Below are positions 55,220-64,000 of a stretch of 64,000 nucleotides of DNA, in pieces (the stretch's first letter is position 1; each line of letters begins with the position of its first letter). Origin of the DNA: a virus (Duplodnaviria; Caudoviricetes); IMG/VR virus record IMGVR_UViG_3300028364_000013; one strand, written 5' to 3'. The translations under genes and the position numbers were made by a program. Under the pieces are notes generated by a model. That model searched no databases. It saw only the letters and a program-made list of their open reading frames with translations, and was not told the origin of the DNA.

Positions 55220-55969
55220 TTATCCTGGAGTCACATCAGCCCTTCCAGCGTCAGTAGAATGACTTCCAGAAGACATTTTTGCTCCCTCATTAGAAACAGC
55301 GCTCGAACCTATGGAACCGTTTTTAATTCTTTCAAGAAGAACTCCCATCATTTCTTGTCTGGCAACTAATTCTTTAAAATCAGTTAAAAAACTTATTTCC
55401 TCTTGAGCTGCAGTTTCATAACCATCGTCAAATGATTCATCACCAGATTTTTCCTCAATCCCAGTTTTAAGTTTCTTCATTCTTGCATTAAGCAACGAAA
55501 AAACTTCTGCAAACTCTTTAGATATAGACTCTTCATCTTCTTCTTCTGAATCTTCAAAAATATTTACCGTTTCAATGTTAACTGGAGTATTGAAGTCGTA
55601 TTCTTTTACAATCTTCTTATAGTTCTTGCAAGCTTGGCTTCTAAGCCCATTTTCTTTAGACCAAACATCATTCTCAATTGATTCAATGACTTGCTCTTTT
55701 AAACCTGGACTTTCAAGTAAATCATACCCAGAGTGCATGCAAATTGCTCCAAGAATTTGATAGCCGATATTCATATCTTCTTCATCTTCAATCCCAACAG
55801 TGTCAATCATCTCTCTGATTTTCGACATGTTTTTAGCCAAGTTCTTGCTTGTGATAGCTTTTGGCTTATCATTTCTTCCATACTCCTTTGTCTTGCAAAG
55901 TTCGTAAATATTTTCTTTCCATTCAAGAGGAGCATCTCCTCCATAAATACTTTCATTCCACCAACCCAA
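55220..55969 (-). CDS. hypothetical protein (TTG start within a duplicated 14-mer)
   Basis: MGWWNESIYGGD.. Confidence 0.7.
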   Translation of the reverse strand: MGWWNESIYGGDAPLEWKENIYELCKTKEYGRNDKPKAITSKNLAKNMSKIREMIDTVGIEDEEDMNIGYQILGAICMHSGYDLLESPGLKEQVIESIENDVWSKENGLRSQACKNYKKIVKEYDFNTPVNIETVNIFEDSEEEDEESISKEFAEVFSLLNARMKKLKTGIEEKSGDESFDDGYETAAQEEISFLTDFKELVARQEMMGVLLERIKNGSIGSSAVSNEGAKMSSGSHSTDAGRADVTPG

Positions 55970-55997
55970 AATTTCTAAGTTTTAATTAATAATTTAT

Positions 55998-56633
55998 TTA
56001 ATATTTCCAAACAAAACCCCCAGCAGTTTTTGCTCTATTGCACAATACATTTGATATTGAATTTGAGTGGATTTTCAAAGATTCTGAAGCTATCTTGCTT
56101 GAATTCCATTCTTTTACAAATTCCATTTCTTTGGTATATTGCTTTACCTTCTTATTATTATATTCTATAGATGCTTGTATAGCTTGAGGCGCTGGCTTAG
56201 TACCTTTATTCGCCAAAGAGATTCTTTTTTTTGTGTCCTCTGTTTGACTATGACCTGTTGAGCCATATCCACCATTTGAGGTGTTGACTAAATCAAAACC
56301 CCAACCTCTAAATTGAGCTATCCAATTAATTTCGAATAATTCCCAATTTTCTCTATACTCTTCAGATAAAAAATTAATTTCAGGCCTTAACCCTCTTTTA
56401 GTTAAATTATTTATCCATCTATAAAGCTTACTTGGCTTTCTCTTGGTTAATCTACCTTCAAATTTTGTTACAGCTCTTTTTGCCTCACAAACATGACCAT
56501 TAAGCCTTTTAGATAGTGTTATCCATGTTTTTCCAATGTATTTTATTTCTTTTGTTTCTGGGTCAGATAAAGTATAAAAAAATACTTTATCTTTTTGTGG
56601 AGTAATTCTTTTCATATCTATAAATAGATACAA
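55998..56633 (-). CDS. GIY-YIG-like homing endonuclease with NUMOD3/NUMOD1
   Basis: FYTLSDP.T.EIKYIGKT...L.KRL.GH; HSQTEDTKKRIS; AGGFVWKY. Confidence 0.82.
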   Translation of the reverse strand: MYLFIDMKRITPQKDKVFFYTLSDPETKEIKYIGKTWITLSKRLNGHVCEAKRAVTKFEGRLTKRKPSKLYRWINNLTKRGLRPEINFLSEEYRENWELFEINWIAQFRGWGFDLVNTSNGGYGSTGHSQTEDTKKRISLANKGTKPAPQAIQASIEYNNKKVKQYTKEMEFVKEWNSSKIASESLKIHSNSISNVLCNRAKTAGGFVWKY

Positions 56634-56664
56634 AAATTAGAACTTTATTCCACCAACCCATAAT

Positions 56665-56937
56665 TCATAATTCAATCAAATCTTTTTGTAATCTTTTAAT
56701 TACCTTTTCAATGCTCTTTTTGTCATTTTTTATATTTATAAACAAATTCTCCTTTTTAGCATTTGGACTTCCGATGTTTCTAATTGTATTTTCTTCAAAA
56801 TACTGAAAACATATATTTAAAAAATCGTTTGTAACATCTTCTTTATCTCCAATCCACATGCCTTTTTTTCGGTCCTGTCTTCCTAAGTAAACTTTTTCTG
56901 TTAAAGGAGAATAGCCTATCCCTTTTCTTGTGCTCAT
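56665..56937 (-). CDS. hypothetical protein (DUF7446-like)
   Basis: IGYSPLT..VYLGR...W.G.K.DVTNDF. Confidence 0.6.
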   Translation of the reverse strand: MSTRKGIGYSPLTEKVYLGRQDRKKGMWIGDKEDVTNDFLNICFQYFEENTIRNIGSPNAKKENLFINIKNDKKSIEKVIKRLQKDLIEL

Positions 56938-57228
56938 AGCAATTGTCTTTTTTAAGTTCAGGACAAATCTAATGAAAATTTATTAAACTGAAAAACTTTA
57001 TCTACCATAATCGCTAAAATCATCATAACTATTCTCCTTCATCCTTTTAAATGCAGAGCTTATTACAGTTTCGTCATGACGATTTAAAACAAAACCTACA
57101 CAAAGTCCAACGATAATTATGAACAATATAATCATTGTGGTTCTGACACTTCCATTTGAAGGTTCTGCTGTTAAATAATCAAAGTCAGCGAACTCCTTCC
57201 TTTCAAATCCAGATTTACAGGGACTGAC

Positions 57229-57318
57229 AGTTAAAAATCAGGACGAACTGCCAACATTGGTTGGAGTGATGACTCCTGAAGCCCATCCCATCGGCTTTGC
57301 CGTGGGTGGGTAGTTCAC
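57229..57318 (+). mobile_element. 90-bp non-autonomous IS200/IS605-family element (right end / omegaRNA-like)
   Basis: Ends GAAGCCCATCCCATCGGCTTTGCCGTGGGTGGGTAGTTCAC; removing it restores ORF MKELN-VSPCKSGF on the minus strand; no target duplication. Confidence 0.75.
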
Positions 57319-57345
57319 ATTCAGTTCTTTCATAATAAGCCTCTT

Positions 57346-57756
57346 TTACAGAAGCTCATCGAATTTTTTTAACCAGCCAGGCTTGGTTGTATCTACTGAG
57401 CTTCCTTGTGTAAATTTATTAATCAACTCTCTATCTCTGAAGTCGTCATCCAAGTGAATATCTATTTCAAGATTAAGAATGATTTTGTATTTCATTTCTC
57501 TATTAGTAAATAGAATTTTTTCTTTAGGAAGCACTATGTTTAATTCTTCAAGAAGGCTGTAAACCTTTTGGTGCTCATTCTTTAGGCCTTTTGTAGAATG
57601 TTCTGGACCATATCTTCTTGTAATCAAATACAAGTCAACATCATCATCTTCTGATAACTTCTTAAACAGTTTTTGGACCTCTTCTTTGTGTGGATTTTTA
57701 CCACCATCAAAATGGTCATCAAGATTACCATCGTAATCAAAAGATATTTTTTTCAT
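57346..57756 (-). CDS. HAD-like protein
   Basis: ISFDYDG..., IDIHLDDD. Confidence 0.65.
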   Translation of the reverse strand: MKKISFDYDGNLDDHFDGGKNPHKEEVQKLFKKLSEDDDVDLYLITRRYGPEHSTKGLKNEHQKVYSLLEELNIVLPKEKILFTNREMKYKIILNLEIDIHLDDDFRDRELINKFTQGSSVDTTKPGWLKKFDELL

Positions 57757-57816
57757 AGTACAAGTTTAACATTTATTGATTATAAATGCAACATAAAAAT
57801 AAAACTTACTTTTTAA

Positions 57817-57990
57817 TTACACATCTTTGTATTTAAAAATATACCCTTTTTTTGATGGTTCTCCAGATTCTAACAATTTTCTAAATTCTTTATTTATTAG
57901 ACCAGAAAATCTATAAGCTTCTGTAGTTGTTTTACATTCTTTTATTATATTTTTATTTATATCATAAATATCAATTGGCTTAGCTCTTTT
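57817..57990 (-). pseudogene. NUMOD1-like endonuclease tail remnant
   Basis: AKPIDIYDINKNIIKECKTTTEAY...GYIFKYK. Confidence 0.5.
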
Positions 57991-58109
57991 ATAAATAAAA
58001 ATAGAAACATTTTTTATTTTTTTACGTATAACTAAATGAAATACTATTTCTACCCTCACAAAGAACTTGAAGAGCTTGTGTTTCCAAATACCTTACCAGA
58101 AAACAGATA

Positions 58110-58547
58110 ATGAAAGATAAAGAAAATAACGAAGATGTAATATACACATTAAGTGAACTTGCAGATTCATATGTCAACAAAGACATTGAGACAATGGATG
58201 AGTGGATGGCTATGATGAGCGATGAAGAATTAGCTGTATTTCATAGAATGTGCAACAAAGAACCTCTTAGCAGAAGTGAAGAAGAAAACTATGAAATAAG
58301 CAAATTTTCTCTCATTCTCTATTGTAGAGAGCTTGGCTTAAAAGAATTAGCTGTAACTCCTGAATTAATGGGAAAAATTACTGGACACTTTGGTATCAAC
58401 ATAATTGTTGAATCACTTAGAAGGAAAGGATTGGCTGAAACTGAAGGTCCATTGTTGCTATATAAAGAAACTAAAATTACTCTCACTGGAAAGGGCAAAG
58501 AGTACCTTGAGGACAATACTTCAGAAGAAAGTGATGAAGAAAATTAA
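58110..58547 (+). CDS. hypothetical protein
   Basis: 145-aa ORF. Confidence 0.7.
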   Translation: MKDKENNEDVIYTLSELADSYVNKDIETMDEWMAMMSDEELAVFHRMCNKEPLSRSEEENYEISKFSLILYCRELGLKELAVTPELMGKITGHFGINIIVESLRRKGLAETEGPLLLYKETKITLTGKGKEYLEDNTSEESDEEN

Positions 58548-58602
58548 TAAAAACAGAACATTCTTACTGGATGTTACGTATAACAAGTGCTAAAATTATA
58601 TT

Positions 58603-58911
58603 ATGGCTGAAAAAGAAACACCTATAAACCCTAAAATTAGAGTTAAACTCCAAGAGTTAATAGAATCAAACACTATTAGGTCTGGTGCCGCCTTTCATAT
58701 AGATGAACTTGATGAGGATGGTTTTAGCTATGCTCTTAATAAAGGTTTTAAACTAACTCCAAGAGAAGCTGGCGCAAATTGCGAAAATGCTCTTAAAGAG
58801 GTTATTAAGAAATCTACAAAGAAAATCAGAGGAATGATTGACTCAAAAGAGTTAAAACAAAACATTTTTCTTAAAAGATTTAATGAAACATTTGAAATAG
58901 AGACATTATGA
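58603..58911 (+). CDS. hypothetical protein
   Basis: downstream of promoter motif 58556-58583. Confidence 0.7.
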   Translation: MAEKETPINPKIRVKLQELIESNTIRSGAAFHIDELDEDGFSYALNKGFKLTPREAGANCENALKEVIKKSTKKIRGMIDSKELKQNIFLKRFNETFEIETL

Positions 58912-59198
58912 AATCAAGAGAAGAACAAATTAAGTTTATCATAGAGCAGATGGACTTTGATAAAATTAACAAAGTAATGGATTTCCTTGGATGGACTTGG
59001 AGGTGCGATGCCGAAGGGAGAAGAACTCCAACAGCAAAAGAGCTTAAGATTGCTGCTGTGCATTGTATCAATCAAGCTTGGGATTCTGAAGACAAAATCT
59101 ATAACTCTGGAGGTTTTGAGTGCGAAGTAATCAATGGAATAATTGAGTTGAAATTCGTAATCGAAAGAGTAAATCCTCTATCTGAAATATTTGGCTAA
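58908..59198 (+). CDS. hypothetical protein
   Basis: FDKINKVM.FLGWTW motif. Confidence 0.7.
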   Translation: MKSREEQIKFIIEQMDFDKINKVMDFLGWTWRCDAEGRRTPTAKELKIAAVHCINQAWDSEDKIYNSGGFECEVINGIIELKFVIERVNPLSEIFG

Positions 59199-59553
59199 AC
59201 ATATGGACTTTTTAGAAAAACATAAAACTGAGGTAGATATATTATTTCAAATTACCAAAAAATACATTAAAGATAAATTTGATGTAGAAATTGTTGATTT
59301 AGAATCTATCAAGAATAAATCGAGAAAAAGACCTCTTGTATATTCCAGAAAAATAATTATGGTAATTTTAATGGAGGTGTATAATAACCAAAAATACACC
59401 CAGGAGCAAATTGCCGAAGTTGTTGGCTTGGACAGAACTTCTTTAATACATCACTGTAAAACACATCTAAATGATTATAGCATTCTCAAAGGCTATAAAG
59501 AAGAGTATGATGTTATGAGAGATGAATTCCTTGAAAAAATAAAAGAATGTTAG
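59191..59553 (+). CDS. DnaA C-terminal-like HTH protein
   Basis: SRKRPLVYSRKIIM...TQEQIAEVVGLDRTSLIHHCK. Confidence 0.65.
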   Translation: MAKHMDFLEKHKTEVDILFQITKKYIKDKFDVEIVDLESIKNKSRKRPLVYSRKIIMVILMEVYNNQKYTQEQIAEVVGLDRTSLIHHCKTHLNDYSILKGYKEEYDVMRDEFLEKIKEC

Positions 59554-59834
59554 AAGATTATAGGTCAATAATGAAAGAGAACTGGCAATCAAATTTTGCT
59601 GGGATTATGTTGCCAATATACATTGTTTCAATGGTATTATCACTAATATTTAGAGAAAGCATAGTTGTTTCCATTATTGTTGGCGCAGCATCTCTTTTAT
59701 TTGCTGTTTCTTTGTGGCTCGTTATTAAGGTTAGGCATAAAGAAAAAATGGCAGAACTCGACAAGTGCAGAAATTCATTTGTTTCAAGATATGGTGAAGA
59801 ACCAAAGACTTTTAAAGAAATGAGAAAAGACTAA
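59547..59834 (+). CDS. membrane protein
   Basis: two TM segments. Confidence 0.6.
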   Translation: MLEDYRSIMKENWQSNFAGIMLPIYIVSMVLSLIFRESIVVSIIVGAASLLFAVSLWLVIKVRHKEKMAELDKCRNSFVSRYGEEPKTFKEMRKD

Positions 59835-60115
59835 CCTTGTTTATTAACTGGAAAGTTTTCTACTTTATTATTCGCATCAATTACAAGTATTGGAATCTCT
59901 CCAAAACCTAATTCTATTGCAGCATAAGCTCTATGCCTTCCATCGTGGTCAATTACCACATCTCCATCAACATATAGAGTTGGTGGGTCGATTTCTTTTC
60001 CAGATTTCATGTGAATTTTCAAATCTTCTATGTTTTCAATAGTTTCTTCATCCATTTTAAGCTCTGGAACTAATCTTAAAAAAATCATTGGGACTTTTAT
60101 AGAAAATCTTTCCAC
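59831..60115 (-). CDS. ParB/Srx-like domain protein
   Basis: IDPP......VIDHDGRHRAYAA..LG...IPI. Confidence 0.65.
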   Translation of the reverse strand: MERFSIKVPMIFLRLVPELKMDEETIENIEDLKIHMKSGKEIDPPTLYVDGDVVIDHDGRHRAYAAIELGFGEIPILVIDANNKVENFPVNKQG

Positions 60116-60178
60116 CTCTTTTTTTTATAATCTGAATCACCATACATTGGTGGGTCAGATAATGTATAAATAATAACC

Positions 60179-61081
60179 TTATTCATTTATACGCAAATCT
60201 TTCTCGATTAATTTCCTGATATAATCAGACACGTTTGTGTTTCCAATTTTATCAATCATCTTATCATATATATCTTTCTTAATCCTAAGATTTAATCTAT
60301 AAGACTCTGGTTTACTTTTATCAACAAAAAGCCCATGTAATTCAACATCAATAGCATCTTTGCTCCCAAGTGTTTTACACATACTATCATACCATTCTTT
60401 GTTGTTGTAGTTTGGGTTATCGGTATAGTCAAAGCTAAGGTGAGAAAAATCTACTTCTTCTCTAATAGACTGAAACCAAACATCATAAAAGAAGTTAATG
60501 CCATTTGTAGATGAGTAAATAATTATTTTTGGGTTATTCGTAAAATCACTAATTAATGTGGTCCAAATTTCTTTTGCTTCTTTCATAAAAGCTACCTCAT
60601 CCATAATAACCATATCAAATCTATACCCTCTAAGTGCGGATGGACTTGCAGGAAGAGCTTTTATATAGCTACCATTATCCAGTCTTATCTCATCTTTATT
60701 ATCTTTAACAAAATTATCTTCCCAGTGAAATATATCGTTTGAATAGCTCTGTAGTATTATTCTTACAAGCTCTATAAATCTAACAGCCTGGTCTTTTTTT
60801 GGGCATATTATAGCTATGGATTTATCAAAAGAGAAGATAAGCTTCCAGGCGCAGTATGCAGCTGAAAGAGATGTCATGTGCATTTGCCTTGACTTCTTTG
60901 TTACACTTAAGTTGTTTTCATGTATGTGTCTTAGGAACTTTTCTTCAAAGTCCATCATCTCAAGATATTCACACTTCCAGGTTTTATTGTTTATACCCAA
61001 CCTGTTCTCTTTAATGAATTTAATTGGGTCTTCTGAGTACTCTCTGTGTTTAATTATTTCTGCTTCTTTCATAATTGTCAT
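60179..61081 (-). CDS. terminase large subunit-like ATPase domain + C-terminal RHH, no nuclease domain
   Basis: DPIKFI, KSRQMHMT, RGY.FDMVIMDEVAF, SSTNGINFFY; C-terminal YRLNLRI...NVSDYIRKLIE. Confidence 0.75.
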   Translation of the reverse strand: MTIMKEAEIIKHREYSEDPIKFIKENRLGINNKTWKCEYLEMMDFEEKFLRHIHENNLSVTKKSRQMHMTSLSAAYCAWKLIFSFDKSIAIICPKKDQAVRFIELVRIILQSYSNDIFHWEDNFVKDNKDEIRLDNGSYIKALPASPSALRGYRFDMVIMDEVAFMKEAKEIWTTLISDFTNNPKIIIYSSTNGINFFYDVWFQSIREEVDFSHLSFDYTDNPNYNNKEWYDSMCKTLGSKDAIDVELHGLFVDKSKPESYRLNLRIKKDIYDKMIDKIGNTNVSDYIRKLIEKDLRINE

Positions 61082-61281
61082 ACAAGCTTTTTTTTACTTG
61101 TCATACATAAATAGTTTTAGAATTTATAAACGAAACATTTAGACTTTAAATTCGTATAACAAAAGCAATTTTATTTCCTTAATTTTGAGTTATTAACATG
61201 TTGATAACTTTTTGAAACAAAATAAAACATTTTTAATTTCAAAACGTATAGTAGTCAGACAAAACAAAATCTAAATAGAAT

Positions 61282-62220
61282 ATGAGACAACTGAAAATTA
61301 CAAAATCAATCACAAATCGTGATTCAGAATCATTTAACAAATATCTTGCAGAAGTAAGTAACATTGGAGACGTTATCTCTCCAGAAGAAGAAATAGAACT
61401 CGCTAAGAGAGTTAGAGCTGGTGATGAAAAAGCTGCAGAAAAATTAATTAAAGCCAATCTTAGATTCGTTGTATCAGTTGCTAAGCAATACAGTGGAAAA
61501 GCTCCTCTTTCAGATTTAATTCAAGAAGGAAACATTGGAATGATTAAAGCTGCTCACAAATTTGATGAGACAAGAGGTTTTAAATTTATATCATATGCTG
61601 TATGGTGGATTCGTCAATCTATATTGCAATCAATTGCTGATGATGGAAGGATGATTAGATTGCCTTTAAATAAGCTCGGTAATCTTAATAAAATTAAAGC
61701 TGCGATTTCTGATTTGAATCAACACCTGGAGAGACAGCCTACCGAAGAAGAGATTTCTGAATTCCTTATAAAACAGGAGTTAGAAAAGGGTGTTCACACA
61801 TCTGGTCCAAGCAAGGGTCAACCAAAAGGAGATGTTTCAAGGTTTACTGTTGAAAAGATTAGGTATGCGCAAGATGAAGGTCAAACAATGAGCTCTATTG
61901 ATGCTCCTATGACAACTGATTCAGACTCAGGAACAATGAGCGACTTAATAGAGGGAGAAGATGAGCATGACATTAATAAAGTTCTTAAAAACTCTGACCT
62001 ACAAGTTGAACTTAAGAGAATAATGCAAAGCCTTACTTATAGAGAAAAAGATGTCTTAATATTATATTTCGGATTATTCGGAACAGCTCCAATAAGTCTT
62101 GAAGAGATTGGTATTAAGTATGACCTTACAAGAGAGAGAGTTAGACAAATTAAAGAAAAAGGAGTTAGGAGATTAAAGAGTAGAATTAGAAATACTTCTC
62201 TAAAAGAGTATGCTCGTTAG
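61282..62220 (+). CDS. sigma-70 family (RpoD/RpoS-like) sigma factor, Bacteroidota type
   Basis: MRQLKITKSITNR; ANLRFVVSVAKQY; DLIQEGNIG; KFISYAVWWIRQSI; LTRERVRQIKEK. Confidence 0.95.
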   Translation: MRQLKITKSITNRDSESFNKYLAEVSNIGDVISPEEEIELAKRVRAGDEKAAEKLIKANLRFVVSVAKQYSGKAPLSDLIQEGNIGMIKAAHKFDETRGFKFISYAVWWIRQSILQSIADDGRMIRLPLNKLGNLNKIKAAISDLNQHLERQPTEEEISEFLIKQELEKGVHTSGPSKGQPKGDVSRFTVEKIRYAQDEGQTMSSIDAPMTTDSDSGTMSDLIEGEDEHDINKVLKNSDLQVELKRIMQSLTYREKDVLILYFGLFGTAPISLEEIGIKYDLTRERVRQIKEKGVRRLKSRIRNTSLKEYAR

Positions 62221-62264
62221 AACATTTTTATTACATTTGTGTATAACCTAATAATAGTTATTTT

Positions 62265-62666
62265 ATGAATGAAGGCAAAAGAGTAATGAAAATTGGTCTG
62301 GACATCCATGGTGTCTGTGATGCAAACCCAGAATTTTTTGTTGAGCTGTCAAAATTATTTGTCAACTCAGGACATGAGGTGATTATAATCACTGGAAGAA
62401 TGAAATCTCATGGAGCTATAGAAGAAATTGAAGAAATTGGAATATCATATACCAAATTTTATTCCATAGTTGATTATCATATTGAAATGGGTACAGAAGT
62501 GATATACGATGAAAAAGGAAACCCGTGGATTGATGATGACTTATGGAATCGTACAAAAGCAGAGATTTGTGAAAAAGAAAATATAGATTTTCATATTGAT
62601 GATTCTCCAATTTATGGTCAATATTTTAAAACTTCATATGCACAAATTATTATAAAAAAAGACTAA
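62265..62666 (+). CDS. HAD-like protein
   Basis: IGLDIHGV..., IDFHIDDS. Confidence 0.6.
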   Translation: MNEGKRVMKIGLDIHGVCDANPEFFVELSKLFVNSGHEVIIITGRMKSHGAIEEIEEIGISYTKFYSIVDYHIEMGTEVIYDEKGNPWIDDDLWNRTKAEICEKENIDFHIDDSPIYGQYFKTSYAQIIIKKD

Positions 62667-62752
62667 CTTTTATATTTCCACACATATTTGTATGCCGTTT
62701 TCCTTTCACGCCTACAAACCTTTGCTATAACATTTATTTATAAATTTAGAAT

Positions 62753-63454
62753 ATGAAAAAAGAGGACTTCACAGAACTTCTAACCGACTTGTATTTAGCA
62801 TATAATCCAGACTTTATTAAGTATGTACCACAGTTAGTTGAAAAATATAATAGAATTGAATTTGATGCAGTTCACAACGTTCTCATGAAATATAATCATG
62901 AGTCATACAATTACTACGATGCCTCTAAATCAACTGATGACTATATCCACTCTCTAATAAAAGATTATAGCGAAGGTAACAAATCGTTAAAAGGATTTAC
63001 TGTAGAAATGCAGATTTTAAGAAATAAAGAAGAAGAAGCTGGAAAGTCTGAAGAACAAAAGAAACTTGAGGAGGCTGCCAACAAAAAAGCTCAAGAAGAA
63101 CTTTCTGGAATTAAAAGTCAAATAGGAGAATCTGAAAAAAAGATAATAGACGCTCAAGAAAAATTGGATGCAAGATTAAAAGAAATAAATCAGCAACTTG
63201 AAAACACTGAGCCATTAGTTCAAAAAGCTTCTATATATGATGATGTAGAAATTTCTATTAAATCTAACTATACAGACTCAGAACTTGAACTCCCGAACAA
63301 AGAGGTTCTTGCTGGGCTTGGAAAAGGTACCAGACTAATTGTTCCAGATAAAAACGGAAAGATGGTTGGACTTATAGTTGAGGAGATTCTTTATGATTGT
63401 ATTTCCCATCCAATGGGAACTCCTATTGTAGAAATTATAATCAATAAACATTAA
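62753..63454 (+). CDS. hypothetical coiled-coil protein
   Basis: 233-aa ORF; TATTTAT upstream. Confidence 0.7.
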   Translation: MKKEDFTELLTDLYLAYNPDFIKYVPQLVEKYNRIEFDAVHNVLMKYNHESYNYYDASKSTDDYIHSLIKDYSEGNKSLKGFTVEMQILRNKEEEAGKSEEQKKLEEAANKKAQEELSGIKSQIGESEKKIIDAQEKLDARLKEINQQLENTEPLVQKASIYDDVEISIKSNYTDSELELPNKEVLAGLGKGTRLIVPDKNGKMVGLIVEEILYDCISHPMGTPIVEIIINKH

Positions 63455-64000
63455 TGGCCAAGGATGGTAAAATAGAATATGTAGAAGTTGAAGGTATTAA
63501 GTGTGAAATTAAGAACCCTAAGAGAAAGGCAATCTCTCAATATTATCAAGAAAGTCTTCGTGGAGAAATTGATAACTATATAGGCTCAATAGACCGTTGG
63601 TCTGAAAGCTCAAGAGCATATAGAGACAGTCTCAAAATAAATGTTATAATTGCACCTTTTGTTTTGGGATGGCTAAGAAAACCAGAAGACGAAGATGAAT
63701 ATCTTGTAATAAAAGGATACATGACTTTGGAAGAGCTTCAAAAAAAGAGAGACAAGGCTTCAGGAAAAAAAGTAACGAGAAAAAGAAAGCCAGCAGTTAA
63801 AAAAGCTGAAGAGACTATAATAGCAAAGAAACCTGTTGCTCCTAAAAAACCAACTGTAGCATCAATAGCTAAAAAACCAGCAACTAAAGGGCTCACAAAG
63901 GGGCCAGTTAAAGCTGAAGAAAAAGCTAAACCAGCTATTAAAAAGACTGTAACTACCAGAAAATCAGCAATTAAGAATGGGGCCACAAAAGGGCCAGTAA
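63454..64000 (+). CDS. protein with Lys/Ala/Pro-rich histone H1-like tail (partial)
   Basis: Manual translation MAKDGKIEY...KKPVAPKKPTVASIAKKPATK; open to window end. Confidence 0.7.
   Translation, partial: MAKDGKIEYVEVEGIKCEIKNPKRKAISQYYQESLRGEIDNYIGSIDRWSESSRAYRDSLKINVIIAPFVLGWLRKPEDEDEYLVIKGYMTLEELQKKRDKASGKKVTRKRKPAVKKAEETIIAKKPVAPKKPTVASIAKKPATKGLTKGPVKAEEKAKPAIKKTVTTRKSAIKNGATKGPV

Noticed and set aside
1637-63986. Numerous short ORF-track calls antisense to or nested in real genes (e.g. 1637-1882, 8334-8585, 15415-15825, 32026-32310, 49268-49618, 61239-61457, 63738-63986)
   Set aside because: Shadow frames of AT-rich coding sequence with no motifs or expression signals
1-64000. Stop-codon reassignment (TAG or TGA), as in some Bacteroidota phages
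   Set aside because: Long conserved genes (lysS, ligase, recD2, sigma) are intact under code 11, and gene breaks coincide with insertions rather than single in-frame stops

Overview
AT-rich, gene-dense segment of a large (jumbo-type) phage, most likely infecting Bacteroidota (Bacteroidota-like RpoD, LysS, RNase R, CoaE). Mostly minus-strand small hypothetical genes, plus ATP-dependent DNA ligase, RadA/Sms-like ATPase, RecD2, dCMP deaminase, PD-(D/E)XK nuclease, class III cyclase, split RNA ligase, two sigma factors, a truncated terminase-like ATPase, tRNA-Arg(TCT), a solo TnpB and many homing endonucleases. Main observations: (1) a complete integron-like system (tyrosine integrase, attI-like site, 15 cassettes with attC-like hairpins, 41.7-48.8 kb) lying between two halves of RNase R, with all cassette genes antisense and at least six starting inside their own attC; a second integrase-less array lies at 14.5-15.7 kb. 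(2) Repeated endonuclease insertions that replace or split their host gene: an NAD-ligase apparently replaced in place by an ATP-ligase (both NAD-ligase ends left as stubs), a duplicated RecD2 C-terminus, duplicated N-termini of coaE and another gene, and a split RNA ligase. All calls come from reading motifs by eye; no database searches were run.
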